A stretch of 32,000 nucleotides of DNA, from NCBI RefSeq assembly GCF_000018105.1, contig NC_009925.1:1680001-1712000 (forward strand), given 5' to 3'. Position 1 is the first letter of the stretch, and every line of letters starts with the position of its first letter. The translations under genes and the position numbers were made by a program. Shown one piece after another: positions 1-9,387 of the stretch. Origin of the DNA: Acaryochloris marina MBIC11017. GTDB taxonomy: Bacteria > Cyanobacteriota > Cyanobacteriia > Thermosynechococcales > Thermosynechococcaceae. The notes beneath the pieces are model-generated. The model saw only the letters and a program-made list of their open reading frames with translations. It was not told the DNA's origin and ran no database searches.

Positions 1-309
1 TATCTGATTCATCTGTTACATACAGACCTACCTCCCCTTTGTGTCAATGAAGAATGCGGTGCATTTGGTTCCATCGCCAATATCAAAGGCGCGGATCTCT
101 ATGGCGGTTCTGATCTGAAACTAGCCGATCAAGTCTTTGGTATTTTCCCCACGGACTATAAAAGCTTTCAACAACAATCGCAAAATTATGGGGTTTTGAT
201 TATTTCCGATCAGCAAGCCAAAATTCGAGCCATTTACCAACATGTCTATTTACCAGACGTGGAAACTATCCTGCAAGACTCGGAGGCCATCTTCGCCCAA
301 GCTGACTGA
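1..309 (+). CDS. 3' end of an unidentified protein-coding gene, 5' truncated by the window edge
   Basis: Frame 1 is open from base 1 to TGA at 307-309 (102 codons: YLIHLLHTDLPPLCVNEECGAFGS...DSEAIFAQAD*). It is absent from the ORF track because it has no in-window start. Composition is coding-like. No family recognised. Confidence 0.5.
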   Translation, partial: YLIHLLHTDLPPLCVNEECGAFGSIANIKGADLYGGSDLKLADQVFGIFPTDYKSFQQQSQNYGVLIISDQQAKIRAIYQHVYLPDVETILQDSEAIFAQAD

Positions 310-367
310 ATTTCAGATCATGAGATAGGATCACGAAGTATTCTTTCTCAAAATTGATCTACTCTGC

Positions 368-1699
368 ATGGCCAATCAGCCCTCCGTCGCCGTTGCTCAT
401 CTCGGCTGTGAAAAAAATCGTGTTGACACTGAACATATGCTGGGATTGCTGGTGGAAGCAGGCTATCCCGTCGACAGCGATGAAGCCTTTGCCGACTACG
501 TGATCGTTAACACCTGCAGCTTTATCCAAGCAGCCCGGGAAGAGTCTGTACGCACCCTAGTCGAACTAGCCGAAGCCAACAAAAAAATTGTGATTACAGG
601 CTGCATGGCTCAGCATTTCCAAGAGGAATTGCTAGAAGAACTCCCCGAAGCCGTTGCCCTCGTCGGTACCGGAGACTATCACAAAATCGTAGATGTGATT
701 CAGCGCGCCGAAGCGGGAGAGCGGGTGAAAGAAGTCTCACCTGAACCGACCTATATCGCCGATGAAACCGTTCCTCGGTATCGCACCACCACCGAAGGCA
801 CTGCCTATGTCCGCATTGCTGAAGGCTGTGACTATGGCTGTGCCTTTTGCATCATTCCCCATTTGCGTGGCAAACAGCGGTCGCGCTCGATCGAGTCCAT
901 CGTGGCGGAAGCCCAACAATTAGCCGCCGAAGGCGTGCAGGAGCTAATTTTAATTTCCCAAATTACCACTAACTACGGCATTGACCTCTACGGCAAACCC
1001 CAGCTCGCTGAACTACTTCGGGCTCTAGGCGAAGTTGATGTCCCTTGGATTCGCATGCATTACGCCTATCCCACGGGCTTAACCCCAGAAGTAATGGCGG
1101 CCATTCAAGAAACGGATAACGTTCTGCCCTACTTAGATTTGCCTTTGCAACATTCCCACCCAGAAGTCTTGCGGGCTATGAATCGACCTTGGCAAGGTCA
1201 AGTGAACGATCAAATTATTGAGAAAATCAAAACTGCCTTGCCGGATGCGGTTCTCCGCACCACATTTATTGTGGGATTCCCCGGAGAAACAGACGAGCAT
1301 TTTGAGCATCTCTGTGAGTTTGTCCAGCGGCATGAATTCGATCACGTAGGCGTGTTTACCTTCTCGCCAGAAGAAGGCACCCCCGCGTTTGATTTGCCCA
1401 ATCAATTGCCTCAAGACGTGATGGATGCACGACGCGATCGCTTGATGGCATTGCAACAACCCATCTCCTGGCAACAAAACCAGCAAGAAGTTGGCAAAAC
1501 GGTACAAGTCTTAATCGAGCAAGAACATCCTGGCTCTGGTCAGCTCATCGGTCGCTCGCCTCGGTTCTCTGCCGATGTGGACGGTCTCGTCTATATCGAT
1601 CCTGGTGAGGCTCCATCACCTCGTTTAGGCAGCTTAACCCCTGTCCAGATTACAGATGCAGATGCCTACGACCTCCAGGGACAACTGGTGAGCCAATAA
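368..1699 (+). CDS. rimO: Ribosomal protein S12 methylthiotransferase RimO (radical-SAM MTTase)
   Basis: 443-aa ORF. N-terminal MTTase cysteines in context (HLGCEKN, NTCSF, TGCM), radical-SAM CxxxCxxC (CDYGCAFC) and a TRAM-like C-terminus. It sits directly upstream of a DEAD-box helicase, as in the Synechocystis rimO-crhR operon. Confidence 0.9.
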   Translation: MANQPSVAVAHLGCEKNRVDTEHMLGLLVEAGYPVDSDEAFADYVIVNTCSFIQAAREESVRTLVELAEANKKIVITGCMAQHFQEELLEELPEAVALVGTGDYHKIVDVIQRAEAGERVKEVSPEPTYIADETVPRYRTTTEGTAYVRIAEGCDYGCAFCIIPHLRGKQRSRSIESIVAEAQQLAAEGVQELILISQITTNYGIDLYGKPQLAELLRALGEVDVPWIRMHYAYPTGLTPEVMAAIQETDNVLPYLDLPLQHSHPEVLRAMNRPWQGQVNDQIIEKIKTALPDAVLRTTFIVGFPGETDEHFEHLCEFVQRHEFDHVGVFTFSPEEGTPAFDLPNQLPQDVMDARRDRLMALQQPISWQQNQQEVGKTVQVLIEQEHPGSGQLIGRSPRFSADVDGLVYIDPGEAPSPRLGSLTPVQITDADAYDLQGQLVSQ

Positions 1700-1980
1700 T
1701 CATTGCCCTTGGCATTGGAATGTTTTTTTAGACAGTTGGAGTCGCTCATCTGTCTAACCAAATGTCATGATTACTTGACTTATAATGCATTTTGTTACAC
1801 TTTGTTGCAGAATAGAAACAATAGAGAGAACATAGTTCTGTTTATTATCGCCAACTCATACCTGTTGGCACCCTACTGCCCTCTTTTAATCAACCACTCC
1901 CTACAGAGTGGTGTTAGACCGCCTAACTTCATATTTGACGAGCAGACACTGATAGTCATGATTCAGATGCTGCGGTGATT

Positions 1981-2007
1981 GCTCGGTAGATGTTTATCTG
2001 CACGAGC
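1981..2007 (+). promoter_or_regulatory. Stem-loop in the crhR leader: 11 bp stem (including one G-U pair), one bulged A, GTTT loop
   Basis: Manual pairing: 1981-1985 GCTCG with 2003-2007 CGAGC, and 1986-1991 GTAGAT with 1996-2001 ATCTGC (one G-U). A2002 is bulged and the loop is 1992-1995. It lies 34 nt upstream of the crhR ATG. Function unknown. Confidence 0.35.
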
Positions 2008-2040
2008 GGCAGTAGCCCGTATTAACCTCTAGGAGAGTTC

Positions 2041-3456
2041 ATGACCCTTACGTTTAGTCAACTTGGTCTTTCACAAACTCGTGTTGATTGTTTAGAAGCG
2101 CTTGGTTTTACCACCCCTACTCAAATTCAAGCAGAAGCCATTCCCCACTTGCTAGCTGGCCGCGACATTATCGGCCAAGCCCAAACGGGAACCGGTAAAA
2201 CAGCCGCTTTCTCACTTCCCATCCTAGAGCAGCTGGATCCAACGGTTAAAACCCCTCAAGCTCTGATTTTGACACCGACTCGGGAGTTAGCCGTTCAAGT
2301 CAGCGAAGCCGTTTACCAATTCAAAGCAGATGGTGCCCTGCGGGTCGTCGCGATTTATGGCGGTCAATCCATCGATCGACAAATTTCTCAACTCCGTCGT
2401 GGCGCACAGCTAATTGTCGGTACCCCTGGCCGAGTTTTAGATTTACTCAGTCGTGGCGAAATCATCCTGGACCAGCTCAGCTGGTTTGTCCTCGACGAAG
2501 CGGACGAAATGCTGAACATGGGCTTTATCCCCGATGTCAGAAAGATTTTAGAGCGGGTTCCTGGCGATCGCAAAACAGCCTTTTTCTCTGCCACCATGGC
2601 CCCAGAGATTTACAAGCTATCAAAACAGTTTCTGAATGATCCCGTTACTGTTACTGTTGAGCAACCGAAAGCCGCCCCGACTCGAATTAATCAAGTGGCC
2701 TATCGGATTCCTCGAACATGGGCGCGTTCTACGGTCTTACAGGCAGTTCTAGAATTGGAAGATCCTGAATCAGCTATTATTTTCGTCCGCACTCGCCGGG
2801 AAGCCGCTACCCTCACTCAGCAGCTACAAACCGCAGGCTACAGCGCCGATGAATATCACGGTGACCTCAGCCAAAGCCAACGAGAGCGATTGTTAGATCG
2901 ATTCCGCCAACGACGCATCCGCTGGGTGGTGGCAACAGATATTGCCGCCCGTGGATTACACGTTGACGATCTGAGCCACGTGATCAACTATGAGCCACCC
3001 GATAGTGTCGAAAGTTACGTTCACCGCATTGGTCGGACCGGACGTGCAGGCAACGAAGGGACCGCCATTTCCTTGGTTCATGCCCTCGATCGCTGGAAAC
3101 TGCATGAAATTGAGAAGCATATTCGGCAAGAAATTCCGACATTGCCCACTCCAACCCGCTCAGCCATTGAAGGACGGCGGTTAGAAAAACTAACCGAAGA
3201 GCTACACAGTATCCTAACGGGAGAGCGTTTGGCTTCTTTCTTGCCCACTGTTTCTCAACTGGGTGAAGACTACGATACTCAAACCATCGCTGCAGCTGCG
3301 CTGCAAATGGCCTTCGATCGCTATCCTGCCATTACGGCCAACCTTGATGACTGGTCTTCTAAGAATAAGAATGGTGGCCGCAGTAGCCGGAAAGCCAAGC
3401 CAGTACTGAACAAGCGGCGTAGCTCTAACCGTTCTGAGATCTCTGCCTCTACTTAA
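2041..3456 (+). CDS. crhR: DEAD-box ATP-dependent RNA helicase (CrhR/DeaD-like)
   Basis: 471-aa ORF with Q motif GFTTPTQIQ, motif I AQTGTGKT, Ia PTRELA, Ib TPGR, II DEAD, III SAT and VI HRIGRTGRAG. DeaD/CsdA-like C-terminal segment (TIAAAALQMAF) plus a basic tail. AGGAG at 2031-2035 lies 5 nt before the ATG. Synteny with rimO supports the call. Confidence 0.85.
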   Translation: MTLTFSQLGLSQTRVDCLEALGFTTPTQIQAEAIPHLLAGRDIIGQAQTGTGKTAAFSLPILEQLDPTVKTPQALILTPTRELAVQVSEAVYQFKADGALRVVAIYGGQSIDRQISQLRRGAQLIVGTPGRVLDLLSRGEIILDQLSWFVLDEADEMLNMGFIPDVRKILERVPGDRKTAFFSATMAPEIYKLSKQFLNDPVTVTVEQPKAAPTRINQVAYRIPRTWARSTVLQAVLELEDPESAIIFVRTRREAATLTQQLQTAGYSADEYHGDLSQSQRERLLDRFRQRRIRWVVATDIAARGLHVDDLSHVINYEPPDSVESYVHRIGRTGRAGNEGTAISLVHALDRWKLHEIEKHIRQEIPTLPTPTRSAIEGRRLEKLTEELHSILTGERLASFLPTVSQLGEDYDTQTIAAAALQMAFDRYPAITANLDDWSSKNKNGGRSSRKAKPVLNKRRSSNRSEISAST

Positions 3457-3462
3457 TACCAG

Positions 3463-3490
3463 ATCGGGTGCGAAATACATCGCGCCCGAT
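3463..3490. terminator. 10-bp GC-rich hairpin between the convergent crhR and PBP genes; no U-tract
   Basis: ATCGGGTGCG (3463-3472) pairs with CGCGCCCGAT (3481-3490), with one G-U pair and an 8-nt loop. It lies in the 57-bp gap between two stop codons. Neither strand has a T-run, so a terminator role is plausible but unproven. Confidence 0.4.
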
Positions 3491-3513
3491 TGAAACAGGC
3501 AATGGGGATAGGT

Positions 3514-5799
3514 TTAGTCTAAAGTCTCGCGCTCGGCTGGCTCTGTCGCAGGCTCTTCCTGCTGGGGCATGGGTAAATTCCTGATCCGTTTCGGCTTAAC
3601 AGACTTAGGTTTAATGCTGCCCTTGCGTCCTGCCAATTTTGGCAAGGCGGGGAAAGACTGAGCAGGAATATCTTTGACTGTCTGCTTCATAAAGTTTCCC
3701 CAAGTGGCCGCAGCAGTTGCACTACTCCCAGTGGTGGGGTAGTTATCGTCATTCCCCAACCAGACCCCAGTTACCAGCTGCGGAATATACCCAACAAACC
3801 ATAAATCCCGGTTATGTTCAGAGGTGCCTGTCTTGCCGGCAACGGGACGACCAATTTGGGCCGGCTTGCCCGTTCCGGTCGTGACAACCTGTTGCAACAT
3901 CCAAGTCATAATGGCCGATGAGGATGAATCAAGGACGCGCTGCTTAGCCGTTTTATGTTGGAACAGGACTTTACCTTGACGATTGCGAATGGAGCGAATC
4001 CCATAGGGCTGGGTTCGATAGCCTTGGGCAGCAAGGGTACCGTAGGCTCGGGTCAATTCCAATAAGCTGACTTCATTCGCCCCTAACGCTGTGGAGTAAT
4101 AGGGCTTTAAGGGAGATTGAATGCCCAATTCTCGGGCCAGCTTAATGGTGGGTTCAAAGCCAACGGCCATAAAGACTCGTACTGCGGGGATATTCGCAGA
4201 CTTGGTCAGTGCCTGGTTCATAGACATCCAGCCCTTATAGACATGGCCATAATTATTGGGTTGGTAGCCATCCACAATAAAGGGAGCATCTGGAAAACCA
4301 TCATGAGGAGAAAATCCTGATGCGATCGCAGCCGTGTATACAAGCGCTTTAAAGGTCGATCCAGGCTGCCGCCGGGATTGCGTCACCCGGTTAAATTGAG
4401 ATTGTTCAAACGCATTGCCGCCCACCATTGTCTTGATTTCACCATTGCGGGGATCAAGGGAGACCAAAGCCGCCTGATCAAACCGTTGGGCATAGCCATC
4501 GTGGTACACCGCATCTTTGATGGTTGAGGCAGCCGCTTTTTGCCACTTTAAGTTTAGGGTCGTTTCAATTTCTAATCCCCCCTGTGCCAGCACGTCCTTC
4601 GATAACAGTTCTGGCAACTGCTGCTGGAGATACGCCGTAAAGTATGGGCTGTGGTCTTGGGCATTGGGGGGCACTTTCGGATTTAAAGCAATGGGACTTT
4701 TCTTTGCTTTCGCAGCCATGTCAGGCGTAATCGCCTCAGCTCGGACCATCCGCTCAAGCACTAAGTTCCGTCGTTCCTTGGCCACTTTGGGATTACTTAA
4801 TGGCGAGTACAAACTTGGCGCGGCGGGCAATCCTGCCAGGGTCGCACTTTCCTGCAAATTAAGCTGATCTAACGACTTGCCAAAATAAACCCAAGCGGCA
4901 TCGGCCACCCCATAAGCCCCACTTCCGAGATACACCTGATTCAGGTATCGTTCCAGGATCTGGGTCTTAGAGAGTTTATCTTCAATTTTTTGGGATAAAC
5001 GGGCTTCCTTCAGCTTCCGCAGAATCGACCGTTCTTGATTGAGATAAGTCATCCGTGCCAGCTGTTGGGTAATCGTACTTCCCCCCTCCGCTAGCTCCCC
5101 GGACAACACATTAGTGACCATGGCCCGTAAAATACCCTGGCCATCAATCCCATCATGCTCAAAAAACCGTCGATCTTCCGTGGCAATAAAGGCCTGCTGC
5201 AATTGCCGAGGGATTTGATCGATCTTGACCTTTTTATGACTCGCCGGTCCATCTTGAAACAGGATAGAACCATCTGCAGACTTTAGGGTGAGCGTCCCGG
5301 CACGGACCTGGGTTTCAGTTTCCATATGGGTCGTATCTGGCAGATTCAGTTCAAGGGCAACCCATCCCCCTGCACAAGCCACACCAGTTACCCCTAGCAA
5401 AATTCCTAGGCGTTTTAACGGCCGCCATCGGGACGAGGTTGAGCGACGAACCACCCTTTTAGGACGCTGACGAACCGGTACTGTCTCGACGGAGACCGGA
5501 ACAGCTAAGGCCTTCACTAGCTCTTTTTCTGAGGGCTTAGAATCTGGATTAGAGGCAGCAATCCGTCGAGGACTAGTTTTACGGCGTTTTGATTTGTGCC
5601 GGAGTGCCTGTTTTCGTTGCTTTTCTTGTTGCTTCTGCTGGCGTCGTTTATCCTTTAATTTTTTACGGAGACTATCCGTCGACTCCGGTATCGGGTCCAG
5701 CTTGAGGGATCGATCTTTAGCTTTGCCCAGCTTGGAAGGAAGGACTTGAGACGATCGTGAATCAACAGAAGGACGAATTTCTGAAATTTGTTTGGCCAC
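3514..5799 (-). CDS. Class A penicillin-binding protein (bifunctional glycosyltransferase/transpeptidase, PBP1A family)
   Basis: 761-aa ORF. GT51 motifs EDRRFFEHDG, GGSTITQQ and RKLKE. Transpeptidase motifs STFK (SxxK), SAN (SxN) and KTGT. One TM helix (LGILLGVTGVACAGGWVAL) follows a basic N-terminal extension of about 130 aa. Confidence 0.9.
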   Translation of the reverse strand: MAKQISEIRPSVDSRSSQVLPSKLGKAKDRSLKLDPIPESTDSLRKKLKDKRRQQKQQEKQRKQALRHKSKRRKTSPRRIAASNPDSKPSEKELVKALAVPVSVETVPVRQRPKRVVRRSTSSRWRPLKRLGILLGVTGVACAGGWVALELNLPDTTHMETETQVRAGTLTLKSADGSILFQDGPASHKKVKIDQIPRQLQQAFIATEDRRFFEHDGIDGQGILRAMVTNVLSGELAEGGSTITQQLARMTYLNQERSILRKLKEARLSQKIEDKLSKTQILERYLNQVYLGSGAYGVADAAWVYFGKSLDQLNLQESATLAGLPAAPSLYSPLSNPKVAKERRNLVLERMVRAEAITPDMAAKAKKSPIALNPKVPPNAQDHSPYFTAYLQQQLPELLSKDVLAQGGLEIETTLNLKWQKAAASTIKDAVYHDGYAQRFDQAALVSLDPRNGEIKTMVGGNAFEQSQFNRVTQSRRQPGSTFKALVYTAAIASGFSPHDGFPDAPFIVDGYQPNNYGHVYKGWMSMNQALTKSANIPAVRVFMAVGFEPTIKLARELGIQSPLKPYYSTALGANEVSLLELTRAYGTLAAQGYRTQPYGIRSIRNRQGKVLFQHKTAKQRVLDSSSSAIMTWMLQQVVTTGTGKPAQIGRPVAGKTGTSEHNRDLWFVGYIPQLVTGVWLGNDDNYPTTGSSATAAATWGNFMKQTVKDIPAQSFPALPKLAGRKGSIKPKSVKPKRIRNLPMPQQEEPATEPAERETLD

Positions 5800-6096
5800 G
5801 CAACGCCCCTCTTGCTGTAATCAATACCGATTGGCTCTGCTCTATGCTCACCAGATCCTTGCAACTTGGGACTTAATTTAACGCAATGTCTCTAAATAAT
5901 CTATGTTCTGGATAAAAATTCAACAAAAATCTTTGTTTTGGAACCACATTAGTAGGAGTAAACCCCACTTTCAAACTCCACCCATCCCCTCTCTCAACCG
6001 CAAAAATGACTGACCTAGCTATCCTTTACCACTATCAGCTGCTGACTAAATGCAAGGGGATAGCATCATGATTCATCGCTCTTTCTTTCTTTTTCC

Positions 6097-6858
6097 TTGG
6101 CACAAATGAAACATATTTTGCAGCAAATCGGAGGTGCGATCGCATTTTACAGCTGTATTCCCCTCCCCTCTAGCTGGCCCTTAGAATTTGAGCGCATTGC
6201 CCGCTGGGCTCCTTGGATTGGTTTTCTCTTAGGAATGGGAATTGGCACTCTCGACTATGGTCTTGCCCTAGGGCATATGCCTGATCTAACTCGTAGTGCT
6301 TTAGTCGTCGCCCTATGGATCGGTCTGACCGGGGGGCTCCATCTGGATGGCGTTATGGATACCGCCGATGGCCTGGCCGTGATGGAGCCCGAACGGCGTC
6401 TTACGGTCATGTCTGATAGTCGAACCGGAGCCTTTGGGGTCATGGCTGGCACCCTGGTGCTTCTTCTCAAGGTCTGCGCATTAAGTAACCTCTCGATTGC
6501 TCACCTGCCTGCCCTAGTAACTGCCCTAGTCTGGGGACGAATCGCTCAAGTGATGGCCATTGCCATCTTTCCTTATCTCAAACCTGAGGGAAATAATGCC
6601 TTTCACGCCAACGCTTTTCAGGGGCTAGGGGATCTATGGCCTAGTGTCATTGGTGTATTTGCGATCGCAGTTTGCCAATATTACGGGTTTCCCTTAGCAT
6701 GGCCATCCGTTTTGGGGGGTATCCTAATGGCAAGCAGCCTATCCCTTGGCATCAGCTACTGGTTTTATTACCAATTTAAAGGAATGACTGGTGATGTTTA
6801 CGGTGCCATCGTAGAATGGACAGAAGCATTAATCCTATGCTGCTTGACACTGGTTTAA
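6097..6858 (+). CDS. cobS: Adenosylcobinamide-GDP ribazoletransferase (cobalamin synthase CobS)
   Basis: 253-aa polytopic membrane ORF with CobS-typical segments FYSCIPLP and GGLHLDGVMDTADG. The track start at 6097 is TTG; an in-frame ATG at 6106 is an equally plausible start. Confidence 0.85.
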   Translation: MAQMKHILQQIGGAIAFYSCIPLPSSWPLEFERIARWAPWIGFLLGMGIGTLDYGLALGHMPDLTRSALVVALWIGLTGGLHLDGVMDTADGLAVMEPERRLTVMSDSRTGAFGVMAGTLVLLLKVCALSNLSIAHLPALVTALVWGRIAQVMAIAIFPYLKPEGNNAFHANAFQGLGDLWPSVIGVFAIAVCQYYGFPLAWPSVLGGILMASSLSLGISYWFYYQFKGMTGDVYGAIVEWTEALILCCLTLV

Positions 6859-7154
6859 TCAGTCCCCCTTGTCAAAATCCCATAGGCCAGCGTGAGCATA
6901 ACCGAGACTCCACGCTATAATGCTTCTCAACAGGAGCTATCTCGACTTCGGTACGGCTAGATTTACCATGTTCAAGCTTTTTTAAGAAGTGATGCATGGT
7001 TAATCTACCAGGCTGTAAACCTACCGTTGATGCGAGGATACCCCCGGTCAGTATTTACACCAATTTAAGGTTCAATCCTGTCGGTCTCGCCAGGCTCTTT
7101 GTAAAGATTCTCGCCACTTTATTCCTGAAATAGCCAGAATCACCCTACCCTTGC

Positions 7155-7175
7155 GAGAAGATCTAAAATCTTCTC
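7155..7175 (+). promoter_or_regulatory. Perfect 8-bp hairpin in the putative rne leader, followed by an A/U-rich tract
   Basis: GAGAAGAT (7155-7162) pairs with ATCTTCTC (7168-7175); loop CTAAA. The tract AAAAAATCTTTCCATTTTT follows. It lies 172 nt upstream of the rne ATG. Function is inferred only. Confidence 0.3.
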
Positions 7176-7346
7176 AAAAAATCTTTCCATTTTTAGGTAA
7201 CAAATCTACGATTAGTTTCCAATATCAATTCAGTTTCCCTTCCACAACTCTTGAACGTCCAAGCCCCACAATCCCTTTTGTTATTACGAGTTAAGCCCAG
7301 ACATGAAACGTGTTGTCTGCTGGCTCAGTTTCTTTGAGGAATTTGA

Positions 7347-9371
7347 ATGCCCAAGCAAATTATCATTGCCGAGCAGCATCGGATCGCTGCTGTATTTTCA
7401 GAAGATCAAATCCAAGAACTCATCGTTGCCACTGGCAGTCATCAGGTAGGAGACATCTATCTAGGTATCGTTGAGAATGTATTACCTGGCATTGATGCTG
7501 CCTTTGTTAACATTGGCGATGCTGAACGCAATGGATTTATTCACGTCAGCGACTTAGGTCCGGTGCGATTAAAGCGCAATTCCGGTGCCATTACCGAGCT
7601 GTTAGCCCCCCAACAAAAAGTATTAGTCCAAATTATGAAGGAGCCTACAGGGACTAAAGGTCCACGGCTCACAGGAAATATCTCTTTACCCGGTCGCTAC
7701 CTAGTCCTTATGCCTTCAGGGCGAGGGGTCAACCTTTCTCGTCGCATCCGTGCAGAAGACGAACGAAGTCGTTTACGTGCCCTCGGTATTTTAATTAAGC
7801 CTGCGGGTATGGGCCTGTTGGTTCGCACGGAAGCCGAAGGGGTCGCCGAAGAAGCCATCATTGAAGATTTGGAACTCCTGCAACGGCAATGGGAAAGTGT
7901 CCAGCAGCAAGCCGCTTCGACTCGAGCTCCTGCCCTACTCGATCGGGATACAGACTTTATCCAAAGAGTTCTCCGGGACGTCTATAGCAGTAACGTCAAT
8001 CGGATTGTAGTGGACTCTACTCCAGGGCTCAAACGGGTCAAACAGCACCTGGTGAACTGGAACAATACCAACAAATTACCCCAGGGGGTGCTGGTGGATC
8101 AGCATCGTGAATCCACTTCCATCCTGGAATATTTCCGCGTTAATGCGGCCATCCGAGAAGCCTTAAAGCCCAGGGTTGATCTACCGTCTGGTGGATATAT
8201 CATTATCGAGAAAACGGAAGCCCTCACCGTTGTTGACGTCAACTCTGGCTCTTTCACTCGCTCCGCTACCGCCCGAGAGACTGTTTTGTGGACCAACTGC
8301 GAGGCTGCTGCAGAAATCGCTCGTCAACTGCGATTACGGAATATCGCTGGTGTGATTATTATCGACTTCATCGATATGGACTCTCGCCGCGATCAGCTAC
8401 AAGTCTTAGAACATTTTAATAAAGCCCTCAAAGCGGACAAAGCTCGCCCTCAAATTGCCCAACTAACCGAATTAGGCTTAGTCGAGCTGACTCGCAAACG
8501 ACAGGGACAAAATATTTACGAGCTATTTGGCACGCCTTGCCCGGCCTGCAGTGGTCTTGGGCATCTGGTCCATCTGCCTGGTGAAGCTGCGCCGACGGTC
8601 GGTGAAGTGGAATGGTCTGAGCCCTCCAAACCTTCACCCACCAGTACATCCGGTGTTCCTCTACCCGGCATCTCGGCCAACTTAAATGATCAGATCCATC
8701 TCGATCCATCGGATGACCTACAAGAGCTTGATTTAACGAACCATCCCAGCTACCAAGAACGAGGCAATCGTCGACGCCGGCGCCGGTCTCGATTAGGGGA
8801 TAATTTGTCCCGTGAATCCCTTAGTCCTCGTTTAGTTCGTAATGGGTCTGCCTCAGATTCTAAACCCGTCAAAAGCACGAATGATACCAATGGCTCAACC
8901 TCTAGCAAGAGCGGAGGAAATGAACGATCTCGGGGTCGCTCCAGCACTCGTCAACGTCAAGATACGCCTCCAGAAGTCATCTCGGTGACCATGACTCCTG
9001 AAGAACAAGATATCTACGCTTTTATGGGCATTTCGCCGACGGTCTTGTTCCCAGGAGAGATTAAAAAGCCTAAATCAGCCATTGTGGAAATCCTCGCACC
9101 AGGGGAGACCTCATCTACGCCTAATACAACAGCAACCAAAGTTATCACCAAAGAACTCGTTGTCGCCAAAGACACCAAAGCCGATGCGGATGATATTGAC
9201 GCAACCAAACCGGAAGAGGCTCAAGCTGAACCCGTCTTGGTTGCCACACCTGAACCGACCGAAGAAAAACCAGCTGAACCCGCTCGGACGTCCACTCGTC
9301 GCCGCCGTCGCCGCTCTTCGGCCTCATCGGCCAAGCAGCTTTCCTTAGACCCGAATGAAAGTTCTGAATAA
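7347..9371 (+). CDS. rne: Ribonuclease E (compact cyanobacterial RNase E/G)
   Basis: 674-aa ORF. N-terminal S1-like region (GDIYLGIVENVLPGIDAAFVNIG), catalytic core, and Zn-link CPACSGLG. Non-catalytic tail has two Arg-rich boxes: RRRRRRSR at 8769-8792 and RRRRRRSSA at 9297-9323. Confidence 0.9.
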   Translation: MPKQIIIAEQHRIAAVFSEDQIQELIVATGSHQVGDIYLGIVENVLPGIDAAFVNIGDAERNGFIHVSDLGPVRLKRNSGAITELLAPQQKVLVQIMKEPTGTKGPRLTGNISLPGRYLVLMPSGRGVNLSRRIRAEDERSRLRALGILIKPAGMGLLVRTEAEGVAEEAIIEDLELLQRQWESVQQQAASTRAPALLDRDTDFIQRVLRDVYSSNVNRIVVDSTPGLKRVKQHLVNWNNTNKLPQGVLVDQHRESTSILEYFRVNAAIREALKPRVDLPSGGYIIIEKTEALTVVDVNSGSFTRSATARETVLWTNCEAAAEIARQLRLRNIAGVIIIDFIDMDSRRDQLQVLEHFNKALKADKARPQIAQLTELGLVELTRKRQGQNIYELFGTPCPACSGLGHLVHLPGEAAPTVGEVEWSEPSKPSPTSTSGVPLPGISANLNDQIHLDPSDDLQELDLTNHPSYQERGNRRRRRRSRLGDNLSRESLSPRLVRNGSASDSKPVKSTNDTNGSTSSKSGGNERSRGRSSTRQRQDTPPEVISVTMTPEEQDIYAFMGISPTVLFPGEIKKPKSAIVEILAPGETSSTPNTTATKVITKELVVAKDTKADADDIDATKPEEAQAEPVLVATPEPTEEKPAEPARTSTRRRRRRSSASSAKQLSLDPNESSE

Positions 9372-9387
9372 CGGTTTGGACACAGTC

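Noticed and set aside
1703-1978. 91-aa ORF in the rimO-crhR spacer
   Set aside because: It has a TTG start with no RBS. The translation is Cys/Leu/Asn-rich and not protein-like, and the DNA is AT-rich and intergenic in character. It is better explained as the crhR leader or processing region.
737-5470. Antisense and alternative-frame ORFs inside rimO, crhR and the PBP gene (for example 1133-1507 minus, 2388-2597 minus, 2990-3184 plus, 3214-3480 minus, 4517-4867 plus, 5288-5470 plus)
   Set aside because: Each lies wholly or largely within a longer ORF with strong family motifs, and none has motifs of its own. They are typical shadow ORFs.
5865-6096. Looked for a cobalamin riboswitch upstream of cobS
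   Set aside because: No B12-box-like GCCACTG core or the expected conserved helices are visible. The region is AT-rich with no convincing structure.
7032-7092. tRNA-like signal in the rne leader: GGTTCAATCC T-loop-like motif (7069-7078) followed by ...GTCTCGCCA, with GCGAGGA upstream able to form a 6-bp acceptor-like stem
   Set aside because: The element is only about 59 nt long. The putative T stem pairs at 3 of 5 positions, and no D arm or anticodon arm can be drawn. It is most likely chance, though a tRNAscan or Infernal run would settle it.
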